NCBI RefSeq assembly: GCF_009914755.1
Contig: NC_060925.1
DNA: 64,000 nt
Strand: one strand, 5' to 3'
Origin: the human T2T-CHM13v2.0 reference genome, Homo sapiens
This document shows positions 30,062 through 42,646 of this stretch, piece by piece (the first letter of the stretch is position 1; the number at the start of each line of letters is the position of its first letter). The translations under genes and the position numbers were made by a program. Below the pieces are notes generated by a model. The model did no database searches and was not told the origin of the DNA. It saw only the letters and a program-made list of their open reading frames with translations.

Positions 30062-30183
30062 CTTCCTCTGGTAGCCAGTCACTTCCTCCCGGGAGAAGAT
30101 GTTGGAGCGCTGCCGCAGCAGGTCCTCCAGCCGCAGCTGGCATGTCTCCCTGTAGGACTTGCAGACGCTCTGCACCAGGTGCT
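30062..30183 (-). CDS. RORC: RORC exon 6, ligand-binding domain start
   Basis: [16 protein letters not shown]...GYQRK; 122 nt. Confidence 0.97.
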
Positions 30184-30400
30184 CTGGGGCCGGAGAAGGA
30201 AGGCATGGCTTGATCTCAGCCAGCTCCTACGCCTACCCATGCAAGGGCACTTCTCAGCCTGGCCTATCCTGCTCCGCCTCCTCCCTCCGCCCCTCGTCTG
30301 GACCCCTCAATTCCCTCAGGCGCATGTTTGATTGATACGGGGTACTGGTGGAAACCCCTCCCTCATCTCTACCACCCTCTCCACCTCCCCAGCTGCTCAC

Positions 30401-30913
30401 CTATCTCTGTCAGGGAGGCATAGGGTGCCTCCGGTGTGCTGCGGAAACTGGGGCTGCCGTAGCTGTCTGGGCCCTGTCCCAGTTCCCCAAGCCCAGGATG
30501 CCTGTGTTCCTCAAAACGAAGTCCACATCGGTCAGGGGTCAGCTGGCTGCCTGTGCTATAGAAGCTCTCTCTGCCCTCAGCCTTGCCCCGCTCAGGGCTG
30601 TATTCAAGGTGGCATGAGGCCCCATTGAGCCCTGCCTTGGCCAAGTTGTTGGAATATGAGGGCCCAGAGCCTGAGGCTTTCAGGAGGCCAGGGGGACAGG
30701 CAGAAGCCTCAGGCAGGTCAGGCGAGGAGCCCAGGGGCAGCTGCCCGTCTGGGAGCCCCAAGGTGTAGGTGAGGGTATCTGCTCCTTGGGCCCCTGCTGG
30801 AGGGGTCTTGACCACTGGTTCCTGTTGCTGCTGTTGCCGCTGCTGCAGCTGTTTCTGCACTTCTGCATGCAGGCTGTCCCTCTGCTTCTTGGACATGCGG
30901 CCGAACTTGACAG
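30401..30913 (-). CDS. RORC: RORC exon 5, C-terminal extension and hinge
   Basis: [15 protein letters not shown]...ASLTEI; 513 nt; GT-AG. Confidence 0.98.
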
Positions 30914-32151
30914 CTGAAAGAGGTCCAGGGACCAGGGGTTTATGAGGCAGGAGAACATGGCACAGGGCAGGGTCAGGAGGCATTTGGTCATTAAAGGATT
31001 AACTTGCTGCTCTCTGAATGGCTGACTCCAAGCACAGCTTCTCTAGCCTTTAGGGAACTTATGCTCAAGACCCCGTCCACCTCTCACTCTTGTTTGCTTC
31101 TGGGGTCTGTCCAGTCTGCCATTTCAATCTGCTAAGCAAAATCTTCTAAGTTCTAAATCAGATTTGAATCATGGCAGAATTCAAGCAATGAGTCTAGGCT
31201 GGGGATTCTGGCCTCCAGATCTTGGGGCTGGGGGTGGTCGAGCAGAGGGCCTCAAGCTGTATTGGGGTCACCTCGCCTCTTTGGGAGGGTCGGAGGAAGA
31301 GGAGAGCTGAGAACACAGGTCTCCCTGTGGTCAGGCCTGCAGGCTCCCTGGTGACCTAGATACTCACCACAGCCCAACCCGGGCTCCGCGGCTTGTTTCT
31401 GAACATCCTCTTCTGCTCTCTCTTTCCTGCCTTTTTACTCCCCCCGCCACCCCTCCCAGGTGTAGGGGCACAGCCCCTCGCCCCGCCTGCCCCTTTGCAC
31501 CCCTGCATGCTTCCTTTTGCTTTGTTATTTTGGGCACTGAAAAGTGCTGACGGGCTCCTTCTGGCTCCTCATCACCTCATGCCCCCCCAGCTCCACCCTA
31601 GGCTCCTTCTGTGGTGGTGGAGGTGTGCAGGGAGACTGGTGAGGAGGTGGTGGGTGAGGAGGGTGGATAAGGCACCAGGAACACCAGCCCTCCCCCACGA
31701 CCACCCTCTGGTTGTTCTCAGGCCAATTCTGTTTCCATTCCTGGCTATAGTCCTGTGTCCAAGTATGGGAATGGGGGATTAGAAAAGGAGATAGAGCTAG
31801 AACTACAACAACAGGGTAGCAGGGGAAGGTGCCAGAGCTGCATGGGAGCTGGGCCAGAGGGCAGCAGAGTGAGGAGAATTCGTTCCAAGTAAGAAGAGAT
31901 GAAGAGGTATGGGACCTTGGAAAGAGGATGTTTGTTCTAGCAAAGCCTAAAGTTGGGGACTCCAAAGAACTTTGATGGGGGTGACCCATCCATCCCTGGA
32001 GGGGAGGAGACAAGGGGTTGTAACGGGGAGGAATGGAGAGGAGACCAGAGGATGGGCCGTCTTGCAGGTTAAGCCTTGTCTAGCTCAGCAGGCCAGGCTG
32101 CCCCTCTGGAGACACCAGGAAAACCCCAGGGGGCTGTCGACTTGGCCTCAC

Positions 32152-32293
32152 CATCTCGGGACATGCCCAGCGCCAGGCATTTCTGCAGGCGGCAGTGCTG
32201 GCATCGGTTTCGGCTGGTGCGGTCGATGGGGCAGTTCTGCTGACGGGTGCAGGAGTAGGCCGCGTTACAGCGCTGGCTCCGGCGGAAGAAGCC
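32152..32293 (-). CDS. RORC: RORC exon 4, second zinc finger
   Basis: GFFRRSQ...[20 protein letters not shown]; 142 nt. Confidence 0.98.
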
Positions 32294-32591
32294 CTGGGGA
32301 AAGCAGGTGGAGGGCAAGACTGCTTATCCTGGTCAGGCCCAGCTCACTCACAAAGGCCTCCAGCCCACAAGCTCTGGCAGCTTTTCTACATCCCACGACC
32401 TGTCAGTTTTCTCTCTCCTCCATCTATTTGTGTAATTGCAATTTATCCTGTAGTCATTTCCCCAGCTTAAGACAGGGCCCTGCCAGTGTTGAGGGCCCTG
32501 CAGGAAGGCGCTACTCAGGCATTTTCCTGGCTGCCCAGGAGATCATCCCTGGAGTCAGAACAAAGGCCATTAACCCCCTTGTTTATCTCTA

Positions 32592-33020
<429 letters not shown>

Positions 33021-36000
33021 TCAGTGCTATGGAGGCAGAGAAAGCAGCTGCAGAGGGGCCACCTGCTCAGCCCTTCGAGTTGAAAAGCTCCAGTTGCCTC
33101 CCTCCCGCCTTGGGACATAGGACTCCTCACGGCCTCACAACACCTGCTTCCCGCCGAAGGGGCTTCCTCTGTGCCTCCCTCCCTCGCTGGGGCTCAGCTC
33201 CCATGGGCAAAGTGTAGGGTATAGCAGGAAGATGTGGTACACAAGGGGTGGGGGATAGGCAGAGATGCCAGTCCTTCCCAGCCAGACAGTGAAGGCTCAG
33301 GGAGGTGCTATACAGAGACAGGGTGAGGGGGTGGCAGGGAGGAACCCAGGAAACGGGGGCTCAACACCCCAGCTCTGCTGGATGCCTGAGAGCCTAGGGA
33401 AACAATTAGCCAGGGCTCTTAGGCTCTTGGCCCCAGAGCAGAGAGAGGGTGGCTTTGTGTACATCCGTGTGTCTGAGTGTGAACACTTATGTTTGTACAA
33501 AGGCATCTGTATCCATTTGTGTGAACATGAATCATCAATGTTAAAAATGGCTGAGACTAGAGACCATCTCATTCAACCTCTTCATTTACCGATGAAGGAC
33601 TAAGCCAGATGAGGCAAAGCGGTTGGGCCAGGGTCATAGGCTAGTTTGCCTGAGAGCTGGATCTACATCCCAGTTCCCCTGAGCTTTCCATTATGCTGTT
33701 CTGTGTACCTGTCTTTTCGGGTACACATTTCAGTGGGCATGTTTGAAGGTGTGCTTGTGGGTGTGCATATGCAAGAAAAGTATGTGTCATTTGTGAGCCT
33801 ACGACATATCTGGTTGCTCCTGCGTCCACACGTGCATATTTGTATGTTAGTGTCTGCTCATGGGGCACTAGGACCCCGGGTTCTCTCTCCCACTGAACTC
33901 ACTGTAACCTGTACCTGCTTCCCTACCCCTGTGGTTTGCTGCTGGCCCTAGGCTCATCTCTGCTTTGCCCTGTTCCTGTCAATGCCCACGACTCTCTGCT
34001 GAGCTTCATGGGACCACAGGAGGCCTTCTCCCAGCTCTTCCTTGAAAGGTAGCTGGGCAAAGCTTGGGATCCCTGGTTACTGTAGGTGTTTTTAGCATTT
34101 CCCAGAGCACATGGGTCTCTTTTCCACCATCACTGACCTGCTGCCTCCCCTCTGAGTGGGGAGCCCTGGGGCGGGACAGGCCAGAAAAGTGAAGAGAAGG
34201 GCCAAAGCCCCTTTTAATCTATGACGTGTCTCCCACCAAAGGGGCAAAAGAAGTGGCAGCCTCTCTGGAGGGCGAATGCACATTGCTGTGATCTCACCTC
34301 CAGTCCCTGGCCTGGACACTGGTCACATGTAGGGCCTGTTGATGTGAAGTGGGCAGGGAGACCATGGCTTGCCCGCCATTCCCCAAAATATTATTTCCAT
34401 CATTCTTAAACCATCATCCCTCAGGCCAGACTTGAGGTGAGTCAGAGGCAGTAGCTGACCCTGACGGGGACAGGGCACATGGGTATCTGAAATCCCTTCA
34501 TTAGCACTCAATTCCTCACCCAACCCCCAGCCACACGTGCCTGCCCAGCAGCAAGCTTCCAGTGCTCACACTGTAAGCTGTGGTCCCCCCAGGACCAGGC
34601 GGTAAGTGAGTTTTCCAGGTTCTTTCCAGTAAATTAAGAGCAGATTTTAATACATGGAGGGGAAGAGAGAATAAGAGGGCACTGGGTGTCTGGAACAGGG
34701 GCAGAAAACGTTGGGGCCCCCATACTTCTAGTCACTTAGATTCTCCCTCTAGACCTACGTTTTCTTGTCAGCAAGATCAGGATAAAAGTATTATTGCCTG
34801 TCCATGGGGTGATTGTAGGTAACAGAGAGTAATGAAATGATATCACCCATGGAAAGCACTGTGTATTCAAGTTACTCCTGAGCAGAGGTCAGGCTGAGAA
34901 GACCAGTGGGCCTGGCAAGGCTGAGAGGAGCACTCGGGCCCTGTGGACTCTGTTCTTGCCCAACACCTCCCCCTCCAACACTGTGGCATCTCTCTTTTCA
35001 GTGGCCTAAGACCAGAGATGGGAGAAACCAACGTGGGCCACCCAAAAAAGTAAGCGGGAGGGAGATTAGGCCAAGCCGCAGTGGGAACTCGGGCTCTGGC
35101 CCAGCAGTCAACCACAGGCCTCCCTGCCTCTTCCCTTCTCCAAGAGCCACATCCGCGTGCGTGTGTGTGCTGACCACATGGTGACCCCAGACACATCTCC
35201 CTGCCCCATGCTTGACCCACTGCTTCTCCTGGCCCTAGGAACCTCACAACAGTGTCACCAAGACCTTGACCTTCTCATAGGAAGATGCGGCCAGTCAAGG
35301 ACCCCCTTCGCAAATACCCATGTTTGGGCGACACCAAAGCCTTGGACTCCAGCCACCTGGTCAGCCCATCCTCCATCCTCCCAGTCCAAGACAGAAGTAC
35401 CCAGTGAGACAGACACACAAGGCCAAAGACTCTGAGCTAGAATGTCAGACCCCCTAGCCTCACTGAGCTGGAGAGACCAAGAGGTTTGGGTCCAGGAAAA
35501 ACAGAGACATAGATCTAGGGATGGAGAGACGGCTGCGGAAACACTGAAACACAGAAAATCCACGCTTGTATCCTGGCCTTTGCCCAACCCATGGCCCCCT
35601 CAGCACTTCAGGCCCTCTAGTCCTGCTCCCCCCTCCTTCCCCTGCCACCTGCACTCCCTTCAATGCCATCCACCCAAACCTCAGAAAGAAAGTACCAGTG
35701 CTGTGTACATGAGGGTGTGTGTTACTTGTAGAGAAGGGGTGGGGGAGAACGGGAAGGGGGCTGGTAGACTTGGGGGTTGGTGAGAGGAGCTGAAAACACC
35801 TCTGATGATAACTCACCTTCAAAAGCTACCCCTAGGAGACACGTCCCTGAAGCAGCAGGTGGTGGGAACTCAGATTGGGGAGAAGGAGCTGAGTAATCAC
35901 AGGATTACTCAAACTGTTGCCCTGGAGCCAGGCCTGCCAGGAACTTACCATCTAAGGGCCTGCCAGTGCCAGGAACTAGAGCCAAGCAAAGGTCAGGAAC

Positions 36001-36954
36001 CTCGAACCAGCCCCTGCACCACTGCTCCCATGGCAGCCCTAACTCTACCCTCGCCTGCTGTCTTGGAAAGATCTTTGCATCTCACCTGCAGCTCTCTCAC
36101 TGTAGCTCTCTCCTGAGAGAGAGCTTTCTCCAAAAGAAAACTCCAATTCCACATCTTCCAAAAGGAGAGACAAATGCCCAAATGCACCCGCCAGCTCCTT
36201 AAGTCATCTAATGACTGAATGACTATGGCTTTCTGCATCTCAAACAAGATTACCTGGGGATCTGAGGTGGGACTCAAGATTCTGCACTTTGGTCAGCTCT
36301 TAGTTGGTGCCTAAGCTTACTGGTCTTCAGCTTATACTTTGAGTAGCAAGAACTTAGTCCCTATTCCTGCCTTTTTGCCAGGCTGCTCCTTCCAGGGAGT
36401 GGGGCTGGGGTTGGCGATCTTTTCCTGAGCTCATTCTTGCATCTTTTCTGCCATCCAGTGTGACCTCTAAGACTTCATTCTGAGACAATACTAGAAAAAG
36501 AAACTGAATCTCCTCTGAATTGCTTTAGAGACTGAAGTACCCCCAGGAGCATCCTAGTAGCTCCTCCTATGAGGGGAAATACGGTAGAGGCAAAGTCCTC
36601 CATCCTCCTCTAATCGAGCCTCTCACAGCTGTGAGATTCAATGATAGTGCTTTGAGTACTTCCAGAGCCTGGCCCTGTGCCAGCTTAGGAAGCCAACCCT
36701 GGGCCCTGTCCAGGTGCCCTATGCCACAGAGAGGAAGTGGTAGGAGCAGGGGAGGGGCTGCAACCCAGGGGGATCTCTCCTCTCAAACCCCAGAACCACC
36801 ACCCCCCCACCATCATGGTAGAGAATGGGTTCACACAGAGAAACCCCGGGGTCCTCATCTCCTCCTGGTGCCTCGTCAATCTAGAGCTGGGCCTTTTCCT
36901 CTCCTCTTTCTCTCTCCTTTTTCTCCAGTGGATACTGATTAAGGAGAAAGGATA

Positions 36955-37200
36955 ATGATAGACATAAGCATTGGCTGAATTCTTACTCTGTGCCAGGCTT
37001 TACATGCATTTTCATTCAATGATCACAACCACCCTGTGAAATAGGCCCTGCTAGTATCATCCTCATCTTACAGATGAGAAAACTGAGGCCTAGAGAGAAT
37101 AAACAGCTTGACTAAGGTCGCACAGCCAGAAGTGGCAGATCTGGCATTTGAACCTAGATCTCTGTAATTCTGCAGCCAGTGCCCTCAAGCCTTAAGCTAT
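36955..37200. mobile_element. MIR
   Basis: ttacagatgagaaaactgaggc core. Confidence 0.75.
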
Positions 37201-39134
37201 ATACTTTATGAGGATAAGACGCCCAAATGCACACCGGAGACCTGGGTAGAGGACATGGTTATTTGGCTGTAGGGGTAAAAGTGTGAGGTGATTGTGGTGG
37301 TCTAGGAACAGAATTCACAGAGGAAACCCACAGAACTAAAGCCAGGACTCCTGTTTGTATAAAGATCCCAAGAGATATTATTCCCTCTGTCCCAACTCTT
37401 CCTCTGAGGTCCCAGCCTCCTCCTGCCCTTACCCCTTTCTCTAAGGCCAAGTGGGATGACTTATATATCAACAACAGGGTTCCCGGGGACTCCTCAGGAA
37501 CACCACAGCCCCTTTAGGGTATAGACTAGGTTTCCATACATCTTGGTATGCCTCCCTTTGCAGAATGAATGAATGAGTGAGAAAGAGGAATGCATCTCTT
37601 TCCTTAGCTTGAGCTCCTCCTCTCCCCACAGCCAGAACTCTCTGTCTCGATCCCCACCGAGACCACAGCTCCGGTCAGGGGTCACTTGCACACCCCAACC
37701 TGTCACCAGCCTCCCTCCTTTCTCAGCTCTCAGTTCCCCCAGCTTCTGCAAAGCTGGAAACCAAGGTGGTGGGTGCCACCACAGGGGAGCAGGAGCGGGA
37801 GGGCTGGGTGGGGGCTGGGGGAGAAGTGGTTCTACCTGGCGAACACTACCCCCAGCCCAGGCCAGGGCCCTCACCGCAGCTCCTGGTGAGAATTTTCTGC
37901 TGAAACACCCAGATCCTGGGGCTGAGAAAATAGTGAAGCTAAAACTCAGGTGGGCGAGGGAGAGTCTGGGGTTTTGAAAAGCCATGAATGACAGCCAGCC
38001 AGCCACCCGAAACCCCCTCCTGGTGCCTCCGCCACCCCCACAGTCTGGGACTGGAGAAAGGCGAGTGAAAACAACCAGTGAATGGGGGAGGGGATGAATC
38101 ACTAGGAGGAAGCTCTGGCGAGTGGGAGCCCAGACGTCACCATCAGCACCTTCCCTGCCTTCAGGGCCATCTGTCCCTCATCCCAGAGCACCTTCACTGC
38201 TCCAGGAGGGTAGTGGACCCAGAAAGACCTTGGCTCTGGCCCTGAGGCCCTGCCTTGTTACTGTCCCTCCCCCGAAATAGACATCTCCATCCTTTTTGAG
38301 CCTCAGAGCCCCAGGGAAGGGGCTGCACTGCAGCAGCAGGCGTGGAGGTGAGACTTCAGAAAGGACTAGCTATATGGGAACAGGAGCGCGGGCCTTGGGC
38401 TGCCCGCCTGGGAGAGACCTTAGCCCTTGGAAAGTCCTGTTCCCTGTTAGTTTGAGTCAGCAGCACAGCGGCAGGGGATGGGGAGGAGCCCTTGGTAGGG
38501 ACCGAATATTTTCATTGTGCTGGGACAAGCTGAGTCTTTTCAGAGTCTAGCACCTTGGGCTCGGTGGTTTGGTATTTCTGTTAGGAATGGGAAGACGGGG
38601 AAAGAGAAGGGTGCTGGAGTGATGAAAGGAAGGAAGAAGCCCTTCACGGAGTCCTAAGATGGCCCTGGGCTCTCAGGGTGATATCTGTGTACCCTGGGGA
38701 CTTGGAGTCCTTTCTGGCCCACTGTTCCTCATGATCATGACCAAACCTAAGAAAGATCAGCTCATAGACAGTGACCTCACACCCCTCGGCCTCCCATCTC
38801 CCCATCCAGACCAAATGCCAGGGCCTGAGTGCCTATTGGCGCCACGCTGGCCATGCCCTTAGGGGAAGATGTCTGGGCTACCCTCCGTCTGGCTGGCTGG
38901 GAGTCTCTTTGGCGTACAGACACATTATCTCCACTTGACAGCAGCAGGTCGGATGGCAGGGTGCTGGTGCCATCCTTGTCAGAGCCACCCTACTTCCCTC
39001 TTACCGCTTGCCTAGACCCTGTGTCTCCCTGTCTTCCCTTTACTGCCAGTTATCTTTTCTCTCCGCCTCTCCCTGTGTCTATGTGCCTTGTGATCTTCTG
39101 CATTCCAGCTCTGTTTCTGGGCTTCACACCTTCA

Positions 39135-39426
39135 TGTTTGTTTGTTTGTTTAAGAGACAGGGTCTCGCTCTGTCACCTAAGCTAGGGTGCTGTGACATTG
39201 ATCATAGCTCACTGCAGCCTTGAACTCCTGGGCTCAAACGATCCTCCTGCCTCAGTCTCCTGAGTAGCTGGGACTACAGGTACACGCCACCATGCCCAGC
39301 GAATTAAAAAAAACTTTTTTTGTAGGGACAGCGGCTCACTTTGTTGCCCAGGCTGGTCTCAAACTCCTGGCCTCAAGCCTCAGCCTCCTGAAGTGGGATT
39401 ATAGGCATGAGCCACCACGCCCGGCT
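39135..39426 (-). mobile_element. Alu (Jo-like)
   Basis: Diverged dimer. Confidence 0.9.
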
Positions 39427-40743
39427 GCACCTCCATGCGTTTGGCTCTATTGGTGTTTCTCCAACCACACCTCCAGCTGGACATTACTCTCTCCCTAGGT
39501 GTTCCAGAAACTCGCCCTCTGAGTTGGGCCTCTGCATCTCTCCTTATTTCTTGATTTGTTTCTGCTCCTTTTGTCGGGCCCTTGGTCTCTGGGTGTGTCA
39601 CAGTCCCAAGCCCCATGTGCTTTGACTTTTGCCATCGGCGGTTGGAGGGGCTGGTGGTGGTTGGCACTCATTGGGGTCAGATAACTTGGGGCTATGAGAT
39701 ACCTGTAAATGTCCAAGTGAGAAGGACCAGTGGCACTGACCCCCTCGTTGGAGGAGGCCCTCTCTCCTACTTCCCCGCCTGGGTGGGGCTGTGTGTGTGT
39801 GGTGGGGGTGGGAATAATGGAGAGCTGGCCAAGTGTCTCCCTCAGCCCCTCCTGGGGACTCCTGCCCCGCTGCTGGGCTAGAAGCACACCTAGTCATTTC
39901 ATCCCAGGGTTGATTTGCTCATTAGGGGCCATCTCTGGGAAGACCAGTCTGCCAGCGTTTGCTGCTAATAGAGAGAAGCTAGAAGGGAAACGGAAGCTCC
40001 AAGGGGCCCTTTCCTCTGTGTAGAAGCTGTTGGCTCTTCTCTCCAGCCCTCCTTATCCACCCCAGCTCATATGCCTGCACTGTGGCCTCAGTCCCTGTCA
40101 CAGAAGTGGAATTCTTTTCTTTCCTTGGTTTCCCTTCCTTCTAACCTCTGGGAGAGCTGAGTCTCCATCATCACCCTTGGGGATGCCTGCCTTAGGGCAC
40201 TGGGCTCTCTCTTGGCCCTGGGCCTTTGGAATGGGAGACTCTCCATAGTTGGTTTTGTTGTTCTATCTTAAAATTCAGCTCCCTTGTTTTGCGGATGGTA
40301 GACCAGGGCCCAGTGACTTGGCTTGTCTAAGTCTATATGGCTAGCCAGTGATAGGCGGCACAAGTGCCTGGTCTTACACTGTCAGTCCAGGGGTCTTTCC
40401 AGGACTCAATACGGCCTCCCTTCTGTGGCTTGTGGGAAGACCCCAGGTTGAAGCTGGGGCTGCTTCAGGCCTCAGCCACAGGGGCATGGGGCTTCCCTTT
40501 TCCTCCTTCACCTTGTGCTCTGAGAGCTTCTCTGGCTTCCCTGGCTTCCCTTCACAACAAATACAGGGGACTTCCTGAGGTTGCCCACCCTTGCTCTGCT
40601 GGAAGGCACAGGAACCCCAGACATCTGCCCACCAACTGTTGGCCCAGGGCTCCAAGCCAGGAAAAGGGTGAGGCCGAGGTCTTTCCAATCCCATCTCCAT
40701 TGCCTTGCTTCCCCGGTCAAATGGGTGACTGACCCTGGAGAAC

Positions 40744-40805
40744 CACACACACACATACACACACACCCCACACACACACGCACACACACACATGCACACA
40801 CACGC
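40744..40805. repeat. Imperfect (CA)n
   Basis: Read directly. Confidence 0.9.
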
Positions 40806-41425
40806 AGGCATGTGCCCGGGTGCACCCTGACTGGATTCCACATAGTCCTCATGTCCCTGGATTGGGCAGAAAGCCTGGTGGCTTTGAGGCCTGGACGCGG
40901 GGATTCTGTGCCCTGCTGCCTGCCAACCTCAGTTGACTCTCGCTGTCCTGTTGCTTCAGAGCACAGCAACTGCTCTGGCCTCCTTTTACTCACAAGCAGG
41001 CTGGAGGCACAGAGGGAAACACTGTAACAAGGGAAACACTGTAACAGGAGAGTGCGTTCAGGGCCCCTAGTAATTACCAGCCCCCATCAGATACCAGCTG
41101 TGTAACATTGGGCCAAGTACGCGGCCTCCTTGGCTCTCAGTCTTTTTGTAAAATTAAGGGCCTGGATACCTCAGATACTTTTGGAGGTTCTTTTTGGAAC
41201 TCAGGAATTCCTCAACAGTCCTCTTACCATTGCTGCTGTCAGGGAGCCGCCTGGCCAGCAGGACTCCCCAGCTGCTCCACCCATCTCCCAACAGATCTTG
41301 ACCTTGACCAGGACACACCCTGCTTTGCTCAGATTTGCTCACACTGTTCCCAAGACATCCTCCTTTCCAGAGGGGTGACGACAGGGTCCAGGCTCCCCCG
41401 CCCCCAGGTGGCCCCATTCACTTAC

Positions 41426-41432
41426 TTCTCAT
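41426..41432 (-). CDS. RORC: RORgamma-t alternative first exon, coding part (M-R-T); 5'UTR extends to about 41573
   Basis: gtcATG AGA A|gtaagt joins exon 3 to give MRTQIEVIPC, the RORgamma-t N-terminus. Confidence 0.93.
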
Positions 41433-41574
41433 GACTGAGCCTTGGCTCTGCCGGCCTTGGCTCCCTGTCCTTCTCAGCAGGGGGTGGTCCAGGAGTGGGG
41501 TGCAGCTGGCGGCAGAGGCGGGGCGAGGCCCTCTCAGCAGCGCCTCAGCCTGAAGCTCTGCACCTAGCTCTCTC

Positions 41575-41790
41575 CCCCAGTGCTTCTGGACTGGGGGGTT
41601 TAAGCTCTGCACCACACAGGTGGCCAAGTGACAACCCCCCACCCCACCCCCAAGGGGTGCAGTGAGTAGGATGACAGGCGCCCCACGTGGCCAATCTGGG
41701 CCTGGGGCAGGGTGTGAGGGGAGGGGCAGCCAATCGTAGGGGGCGTTGGAAAATTCCAAAACCACATGCGACAGCCACACGCGGTAAAAG
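41575..41790 (-). promoter_or_regulatory. RORC: RORgamma-t proximal promoter
   Basis: TTAAA TATA-like near 41600; E-boxes CAGGTG (~41617) and CACGTG (41684-41689); CCAAT 41691 and 41730; kB/NFAT-like GGAAAATTCC 41748-41757; RUNX TGTGGTT 41760-41766. Confidence 0.8.
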
Positions 41791-42327
41791 CTGTTTCCAC
41801 CCGCCAGGGTAGTTCTGGCTGGGGAGCCAGAATGGAGCTCACACGAGCCTGAAGCCAAATTTCTACTCCTCCTACCCCCGAGGACCTTCCAAGCCTGACC
41901 CTCTTTGCCAGGTGACTTCAGGGACAGGGATGTTTTCAGAGGTAAGTCACAGGATGTCTGCCTGGGGTGGTGGCATGTGCCACCTGACACCCTGTGGACT
42001 GCCAACAGCCATACCCAGTGTGGTGCAGCCTGGGGGGCTGTCCCACCACTCCCATGCCCACGCTCCTCCCTGCAGACACCACATATATCTTGCGCTAGGG
42101 AATACATGGAAATGATAGAAGCAGTAATAATCACCAGGCAAATACCCACAATCCACAGAAGGAAACCAGAAATTTCCTTAGGAGCCAAACTGCTGAAATT
42201 GGAGTGTAGATAATGATCATCATCACCATCATCATACTCATAATCATAATAATAGTGCTTACTATTATGTGTCAGAAATGGTTCTCGATGTTTTATGTGG
42301 ATAATCTAATCCTCACAAAATACTTTA

Positions 42328-42646
<319 letters not shown>

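Noticed and set aside
37797-37821. Canonical G-quadruplex motif (another at 63138-63181)
   Set aside because: Common in GC-rich introns; no additional evidence of function.
41418-42188. 256-aa minus-strand ORF ending at the RORgamma-t start
   Set aside because: TTG start ~600 nt upstream of the promoter elements and probable TSS; no homology, so unlikely to be transcribed as an exon.
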